Shown: piece after piece, positions 58,092 through 64,000 of the stretch
Position numbering within the stretch: the stretch's first letter is position 1
Layout of the letters: each line of letters opens with the position of its first letter
Origin: Candidatus Aenigmatarchaeota archaeon
GTDB taxonomy: Archaea > Aenigmatarchaeota > Aenigmatarchaeia > PWEA01 > JACQIF01
Reading direction: 5' to 3'
NCBI GenBank assembly: GCA_016432325.1
Contig: CP066684.1
Span: 576,001-640,000, forward strand
DNA: 64,000 bases
Notes under the pieces: generated by a model
The model's database searches: none
Told to the model about the DNA's origin: nothing
Seen by the model: only the letters and a program-made list of their open reading frames with translations
Program-made: the position numbers and the translations under genes

Positions 58092-59357
58092 ATGACCCAG
58101 TCGCCTAAAGGCACGCAGGACTTCGGTCCCAAGGAAGCGATGGCGCGTGGCGAAATGATAGGCGCGCTCAGGCAGGTATTCCAGCTCTACGGCTTCGAGC
58201 CTCTCGAAACGACGTCTCTTCAGAACTTCGAGGTTCTCTCTTCAAAGTACACAGGCGGCGCGGAGATTCTCAAGGAGACTTACAAGCTCGAAGACCAAGG
58301 CGGGCGCAAGCTCGGATTGCGATACGATCTCACGGTCCCTCTCGTGCGCTTCATGGCCGAGAACCGTTCGCTCGCCAAGCCGTTCAAGCGCTACGAGATA
58401 GGAAAGGTGTGGCGCGACGGCCCTCTCAAGGCCGGGCGCTATCGCGAATTCATGCAGGTCGACGCTGACGTCATCGGCGTAACGAGCGTCGCTGCCGAGG
58501 CCGAACTGCTGGCGATGGCCCAGACGTTTTTCAAGGCGCTGGGAATCGACGCTGTGATAAAGTACAACAACCGGAAGGTTCTGAACGGCCTGCTCAAGAA
58601 GTTCAGCATTCCCGAACGCGAGTGGAATGGCGTGCTCCAGAGCATGGACAAGCTCGAGAAGATGGGGCGCGCTTACGTGGAGAAGGAACTCACGGAGAAA
58701 GGCGTCGACAAGGGCGTGGCCAAGGACGTCGTGGAGATTATAGCAAAGACCAAGGACCTCGAGCTGCTCACAGGCGTCATAGACAACGACGTCGGAAGGA
58801 AAGGCATCGAAGAGCTTCTGGCGCTGCAGGAGTATCTGGTCTATCTCGGCGTCGATACGGCAGAGTGGGACCTTTCGCTTTCGCGCGGTCTGGATTACTA
58901 CACAGGCACGGTCTTTGAGGCGTTCTTTACCGGAGGGAAAGTAACGTCTTCGATAGCCGGCGGCGGCCGTTATGACAAGATGATAGGCGCGCTCATCGGC
59001 TCAAAGGAAGACGTGCCGGCGGTCGGCATTTCGTTTGGTCTTGACGCGATACTGGACGGCTTTGCGCTGGAGCGCGAGCGAACGATAACGCGCGTGCTTG
59101 TCGTCCCTATAAACGCTCTGGACTACGCTCTCACTGTCGCGCAGGCGATCCGCGCGTGGAACGTAAATACTGAAGTCGACATGATGAACCGTAACTTGTC
59201 AAAGAACCTTGACTACGCGAACAAGAAAGGAATTGCGCGTGTGATAATAGTAGGAGAGAAGGAGAAGAAAGAGCAGACCGTTACATACAAGGATATGGAG
59301 AGCGGCAAGCAAGAAACAGACACGTTAGAAAAACTGAAGAAGAGAATAGTTTCGTAG
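58092..59357 (+). CDS. hisS: histidyl-tRNA synthetase
   Basis: PKGTQDF, LRYDLTVP, GRYREFMQ, RGLDYYTG, GGGRYD. Confidence 0.96.
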   Translation: MTQSPKGTQDFGPKEAMARGEMIGALRQVFQLYGFEPLETTSLQNFEVLSSKYTGGAEILKETYKLEDQGGRKLGLRYDLTVPLVRFMAENRSLAKPFKRYEIGKVWRDGPLKAGRYREFMQVDADVIGVTSVAAEAELLAMAQTFFKALGIDAVIKYNNRKVLNGLLKKFSIPEREWNGVLQSMDKLEKMGRAYVEKELTEKGVDKGVAKDVVEIIAKTKDLELLTGVIDNDVGRKGIEELLALQEYLVYLGVDTAEWDLSLSRGLDYYTGTVFEAFFTGGKVTSSIAGGGRYDKMIGALIGSKEDVPAVGISFGLDAILDGFALERERTITRVLVVPINALDYALTVAQAIRAWNVNTEVDMMNRNLSKNLDYANKKGIARVIIVGEKEKKEQTVTYKDMESGKQETDTLEKLKKRIVS

Positions 59358-59365
59358 ATACGGAT

Positions 59366-59594
59366 GGCTGCGGTGGTGTTAGCCTGGATAACACGCTTTT
59401 TCAAAAAGTGTGAGAAGCCAGCAAGCATGCAGGCCTGTGGTCCGAGCTTTTGAGAAAAAGCTCGAGCAAAAACGACGAAGCCACGGACAGATAGCCTGAG
59501 GGGCGAGTTCAAACCGGGCTTTTCTTTCGCAAAGAAAAGCACGGGTGCAAAAGAAACTTTTGCGCCCACCGTGAAATTCTCGCCCGCGGCCCCA
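59366..59594 (+). tRNA. tRNA-His(GTG) with encoded G-1 and three BHB introns (D-loop 59390-59423; 37/38 59441-59492; 59/60 59514-59577)
   Basis: G-GCTGCGG/CCGCGGC-C-CCA; CAGGC-CTGTGGA-GCCTG; BHB helices CTGG/CCAG, CTGT/ACAG, TTCA/TGAA. Confidence 0.9.
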
Positions 59595-59616
59595 TTAACC
59601 TTTTCTAAGAGCGGCC

Positions 59617-60408
59617 TCACTCAAGTCCTCTGATGAAAAGGAAGACGAAATACGCCACTATCATGGAAACGGCGTAGGACAAGACGGTTCCGAGAACCAG
59701 ACCGTACGCGACGTAGAAGTATCTCAAGGCGAGACCATACGAAGCGCCAGTCAACATTCCGCTAAAGAACAGAGGCTTCGTCACCGACCGGGCAAACGCC
59801 AAGCCTCCGGTCCTGTTCGTAATGAACAACGTGGACATGTACACGGCTGGGAATGGGGAGAAGATGCCGCCAAAGACAGGGCCGCCGACTTTGCTCATGA
59901 ACACGGCAAGCGCGACAATCAATCCGCTAAGGAGCGCGCGGCCCGCTATCTGCAGATGCGTATAGCGCATGCGCAATCTTCCGGCGGAGGGAAGCTTCAA
60001 CCTCTTTTCAAATATCACGAACGATGCCACGAGTATTGAAACGTAGCCAACAGCGGAAAGCGCGAAGTTCTCTATACCGAACACTACAAGCGATGAAACC
60101 AGCGAAGCCCATAGAAGAAGCGATGCAACGAATGCAACGCCGAAACCTCTGTCAGCCAACAGCGCGAAGGACACCAAGAACAGACCGGAGAAGGCCACGG
60201 ATAGCAGGAACCCGTTGGTCGCCTGTGCCGCAACGGCCGGCGACTGGTTGAGGCCGATGAACAGGAATGCCACGACCATCGTGGATGGCAGGCCGCCGAT
60301 GAACCCGCCTATTTTGCTTCCAAACCGCTCTGCGGCCACAGTAACCAGCGTTATCCAGACGCCCCCGACTATGAAAGCAAACAGCAGATTTACTGCGAAA
60401 GAATCCAT
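59617..60408 (-). CDS. DUF3147-like duplicated membrane protein
   Basis: FIVGG...IGGFIGGLP and GPVFGGIFSPFP repeats. Confidence 0.75.
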   Translation of the reverse strand: MDSFAVNLLFAFIVGGVWITLVTVAAERFGSKIGGFIGGLPSTMVVAFLFIGLNQSPAVAAQATNGFLLSVAFSGLFLVSFALLADRGFGVAFVASLLLWASLVSSLVVFGIENFALSAVGYVSILVASFVIFEKRLKLPSAGRLRMRYTHLQIAGRALLSGLIVALAVFMSKVGGPVFGGIFSPFPAVYMSTLFITNRTGGLAFARSVTKPLFFSGMLTGASYGLALRYFYVAYGLVLGTVLSYAVSMIVAYFVFLFIRGLE

Positions 60409-60487
60409 CGTTGTCTACTCTCCGAGAGGCCATTTAAAAGCGTTGACGCCGTGCGTTGCATCACGGCAATCGCATCCGAACGCTCAT

Positions 60488-60503
60488 AAACAAAGCTTAA
60501 ATA
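60488..60503 (+). promoter_or_regulatory. probable BRE/TATA promoter of the pre-16S transcript
   Basis: purine-rich AAACAAAGC followed by TTAAATA, upstream of a structured leader. Confidence 0.5.
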
Positions 60504-60780
60504 CCTTCTTCGCGCTCTTCAGTGCACTAAAAGCAGGGGAAGCGTACGCGAGGATCCCTGTTCTACAGCCGCGCGGCGAGCAGGCTTGAATTTCCGTACG
60601 CGAGTACGGATGATGATTGCCATCGGAAACCTTTGTTTCCGAGGCGCCGGGAACCGTGTTCCCGTGCGTCTGCATTCATGTTGCGGCTACAAGTTCCATA
60701 ATCACCACAGACGACGAGTCGGGGTGCCTGAAACTTCAAGGACGGGTTTCGTTAACGATGGGACGGATTGAATAGTTCTG

Positions 60781-60813
60781 CTATTCGATTGGCAGGCGAA
60801 TACTTGTTGGTGT
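60781..60813 (+). other. 5' arm of the 16S processing stem (pairs with 63325-63357; BHB-like)
   Basis: CTATTCGATTGGCAG/CTGCCAGTCGAGTAG and TTGTTGGTG/CGCCAACAA flank GCGAA/TTCGC with 3-nt bulges. Confidence 0.8.
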
Positions 60814-61549
60814 AATTTCAAGACTAAAGTTTTGAAATAAAACTGACTCTGCAAGGGTCAGTGTTCACCGCACTTACCATAACGCAAGTTGTGGTAGGGC
60901 TTGGAAAGAAAGTTTCGAGATTTTCTGGTAAACAGAAAACTTGAAAACGGATTTTCAAGACAATTCCAATAGAAAGTGTGCAGTTAACTCCCAATCGAAG
61001 TTCTCGTACTGTTGATGAAATATCGTAGGACCTACTTTGAGACAGAGCGTTGTTAGGGATAACAGACGCTGGGAACATACGTTCGATTGAAATAATTCTG
61101 GTTGATCCCGCCAGAGGTCACTGCTATCTGGATCCGATTAAGACATGCTAGCCGAGTGCGAAAGCACGGCAGACGGCTCAGTAACACGTAGTCAACCTGC
61201 CCTCAGGTAGGGGATAACCCCGCGAAAGTGGGACTAACACCCTATGGGGAAAAGATACTGGAATGTTCTTTTCCTGAAAGGCAACGCCTGAGGATGGGAC
61301 TGCGGCGGATTAGGCTGTTGTTGGGGTAAAGGCCCAACAAACCTATAATCCGTACGGGCGTTGAGAGACGTAGCCCGGAGATGGGCTCTGAGACAAGAGC
61401 CCAGGCCCTACGGGGCGCAGCAGTCGCGAAACCTTTACAATGGCTTCACGGCCGATAGGGGGATCCAGAGTGAGTGCGCAATGCGTACTCTTTTGCCGAG
61501 TCTAAACAGCTCGGAGAATAAGGGGTGGGCAATACGAGTGCCAGCCGCC

Positions 61550-61593
61550 ATCTTGCGTAGGACGGAAACTTTTCCGCCCTTGCGGGACGGAAA
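61550..61593 (+). other. 16S intron at 526/527 (44 nt)
   Basis: interrupts GCCAGCCGCC|ACGGTAA; hairpin with relaxed BHB GCCG/CGGA. Confidence 0.8.
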
Positions 61594-61626
61594 ACGGTAA
61601 TACTCGAGCCCCGAGTGGTGACCACG

Positions 61627-61657
<31 letters not shown>

Positions 61658-61978
61658 GGACAAGTTCCTAGTGAAATCCTGCGTTAAACGCGGGGCGTGC
61701 TGGGAAGACTGTCCGGCTTGGGACCGGGAGACGTTAGCAGTACTCCAGGGGTAAGGGTAAAATCTTATCATCCTTGGAGGACTACCTGTGGCGAAGGCGG
61801 CTAACGAGAACGGCTCCGACGGTGAGGGACGAAAGCGTGGGGAGCAAATGGGATTAGATACCCCAGTAGTCCACGCTGTAAACGATGCCCCCTTGATGTC
61901 GCGTCTTCTTCGGGAAGACGCGGTGTCGTAGAGTAGTTGTTAAGGGGGCCGCCTGGGGAGTACGGCCGCAAGGTTGAA

Positions 61979-62021
61979 ACTCAGCAGAACGTTCGTTCTG
62001 AACGTTCGTTGCGAGCAACGA
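61979..62021 (+). other. 16S intron at 908/909 (43 nt)
   Basis: canonical BHB GTTG-AA|A ... CAAC-GA|A. Confidence 0.9.
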
Positions 62022-62340
62022 ACTTAAGGGAATTGGCGGGGGAGCACTTCAAGGGGTGGAGGCTGCGGTTCAATTGGATTCAACGCCAGACATTTTACCA
62101 GGGGTGACAGCAGGATGAAGGTCAGTCTGAAGGGCTTACCTGACGCGCTGAGAGGAGTTGCATGGCCATCGTCAGCTCGTACCGTGAGGCGTGCGCTTAA
62201 GTGCGTTAACGAGCGAGACCCACGCCCTCTGTTGCTATCTTGTCCTCCGGGATGAGAGCACTCTGAGGGGACCGCCGGCGATAAGTCGGAGGAAGGAGTG
62301 GGCGACGGTAGGTCCGTATGGCCCGAATCTCCTGGGCTAC

Positions 62341-62862
62341 ACCGAGTCCAGGCTAGCGAGGAAGAGCAAATGTTTTGGAACGAAAGTTTCAGGATACGTT
62401 GAACCGTTTTTGATTGTGCTAACGGCATGCTACTTACGAAAGTAATAGTATATCCGTCACGCACAAACCTTTACATGAACCCTGATTTAGCATATCTGAT
62501 AGGTCTCATCGGAGGCGACGGTTCGCTGACTTACAAGAAAGGAAGCGAATACCGTGTCTCAGTCGTTGACGAGTGCTTGGAATTTCATGAGCACGTCGTC
62601 AAACCTACAATGGATGCGACTTTCAACAAAGCCGCGTACGAATATCCGCGCGTCGCTCTGCAGGTTGCAAACAGTGGTATCAGAAACGAATTGGTCGAAC
62701 TTCTGAAGAGGTTTGGCATCGCACCGAGCGTTTGGAAGTACAAGCAAATGTTCGGTTTGCAAATAATCGGTTTCGATAAGGTTAGGCTGTATTCAGAGAA
62801 TGTCGGTTTTCGGCATCCCTCGAAACAGAAACGGTTGCTCGAGCTGCTTGGCTTGGGGCCTA
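62341..62862 (+). mobile_element. 16S intron at 1226/1227 (522 nt) carrying a homing endonuclease ORF
   Basis: BHB GGCT-AC|A ... GGCC-TA|A; splicing restores GGGCTACACGCGG. Confidence 0.9.
62475..62862 (+). CDS. LAGLIDADG homing endonuclease, probably degenerate; no stop inside the linear intron
   Basis: LAYLIGLIGGDGSL motif; LLKRFGI; GFRHPSKQKRL; second LAGLIDADG helix not seen. Confidence 0.8.
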
Positions 62863-63116
62863 ACGCGGCCTACAATGACCCGGACAAAGAGTTGCCACGC
62901 CGAAAGGCGGAGCCAATCTCTAAACCGGGCCTTAGTTCGGATTGAGGGTTGAAACTCACCCTCATGAAGCCGGAATCCCTAGTAAGCGGGTGTCACTATC
63001 ACTCGCTGAATACGACCCTGCTCCTTGCACACACCGCCCGTCAAGCCATGCGAGTGTTCCCTTGATGAGGCTTGGGTTATTGCCCAGGACGAATCGAGGG
63101 GACGCGAGCGGGGCTA

Positions 63117-63224
63117 ATCTCAAGGAGTTCATCTCAGAACAAGATGATTAAACTGGCTTGACTCTGACAAAATATGAGGAGTCTTGGAGGTGGAATGATT
63201 GCTTGAGAGCTCCTGGGAGCCTAG
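63117..63224 (+). other. 16S intron between A1492 and A1493 (108 nt)
   Basis: BHB GGGC-TA|A ... GCCT-AG|A; splicing restores GGGCTAAGTCGTAAC. Confidence 0.88.
63144..63198 (+). ncRNA. putative intron-encoded box C/D guide RNA
   Basis: C ATGATTA, D' CTGA, C' ATGAGGA, D ATGA; D' guide TGGCTTGAC complementary to 16S 63040-63048. Confidence 0.65.
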
Positions 63225-63369
63225 AGTCGTAACAAGGTAGCCCTACGGGAACGTGGGGCTGGATCACCTCCTATATCTTTTCTCTGTCGTTACAGACGGA
63301 GATTGGATTATAACCGGTGTACAAGCGCCAACAATTCGCATACTGCCAGTCGAGTAGTTTTTTATCGAA

Positions 63370-63960
63370 TTAGCGCGAGCTATGCCGCGATTGTTTATTG
63401 CGTTTGAATGTCTTGCGTTTTTCGTCAAGCAGATTGTAAAATTCGACGAGCGTCTTGTTCCTGATTTCGCCTGTCCTGATTTTCTCGCTTACGCCGTCCC
63501 AGAACGGTTGCAGGTCCATCGAATGCTCCCTTTCATACTCGAATGCCTGCAAAACCATCTCAAGCTTATCCAGTTCATAAACGAGCTGCGCCTCCTTTGT
63601 TTGGCGCGTCTCGTACTCGTCCCAGAGTTCCAGAAACTCCTTCCGATTGGCAAAAAGACCGGACAGCTCCTTCATCGCCGCCGTCTCCATGGCGGGTTTG
63701 GTGGCATAGTCCGCGCGACCGACAGGAATATCGCCTATTACCGACTCTCCGAGGTCGTGTATCAATGCCATCTTGACCATTCTGTTCCTGTCCGCACCGA
63801 GTTCGTCTGCCAGAGCGAATGCCATCAGAGCGACGCGGAACGAATGCTCGGCGACAGATTCGGGATGCGGTACGTTGTGCAAAACCCAGCCGGTTCTTCG
63901 TATCTTCTTCAGCTCTCCCGACCTCAACAGCAGCTTCAGTGCCTTCTCAAGCTCGACCAT
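63370..63960 (-). CDS. HD-domain 5'-deoxynucleotidase (YfbR/HDDC2-like)
   Basis: LKKIRRTGW, ESVAEHSFR, IHDLGES, DKLE. Confidence 0.9.
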   Translation of the reverse strand: MVELEKALKLLLRSGELKKIRRTGWVLHNVPHPESVAEHSFRVALMAFALADELGADRNRMVKMALIHDLGESVIGDIPVGRADYATKPAMETAAMKELSGLFANRKEFLELWDEYETRQTKEAQLVYELDKLEMVLQAFEYEREHSMDLQPFWDGVSEKIRTGEIRNKTLVEFYNLLDEKRKTFKRNKQSRHSSR

Positions 63961-64000
63961 GAGCCTGTTTGGCGTTCTGTTTAAATAACTTCGCATCGTC

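Noticed and set aside
60610-60731. Box C/D RNA in the rRNA leader (ATGATGA ... CTGA)
   Set aside because: No D'/C' pair at proper spacing, and no target identified.
62024-63151. ORFs 62024..62464, 62191..62445 and 62942..63151
   Set aside because: They lie largely over 16S rRNA exon sequence and are spurious.

Overview
Archaeal chromosomal window, about 57% GC by eye. The gene set and 16S suggest a DPANN-type lineage, possibly Aenigmatarchaeota-like (inference only). It holds about 80 protein genes: informational (MCM, RPA32-like, DNA ligase, Dpo4/DinB, TFS, RpoL, aIF2-beta, Dph2, GlyRS, PheRS alpha/beta, HisRS, a small histone), pyrimidine synthesis (pyrC, pyrD, cmk), amine/aldehyde catabolism, glycosyltransferases and an sxtJ/I/K-like carbamoyltransferase cassette. 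The RNA genes are the unusual part. (1) Five tRNA genes (Ser-GCT, Val-TAC, Glu-TTC, Leu-TAA, His-GTG) carry 14 bulge-helix-bulge (BHB) introns, 11 of them at non-canonical sites. Many of these introns share a homologous Y-tract/R-tract/mirror-R-tract element with covariation typical of an intramolecular triple helix. (2) A stand-alone 16S rRNA gene has four BHB introns (E. coli positions 526/527, 908/909, 1226/1227, 1492/1493). The last splits the decoding adenines and appears to encode a box C/D guide RNA aimed at A1408 of the same decoding site. Another carries a degenerate LAGLIDADG ORF with no stop codon inside the linear intron. (3) An intron-less tRNA combines a Ser-type body with a Leu (CAG) anticodon. 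(4) A likely remote diversity-generating retroelement (DGR) target gene is followed by five tandem hairpins of a dispersed ~20-nt hairpin family. No CRISPR array, transposase or reverse transcriptase was seen. All intron boundaries were folded by hand.
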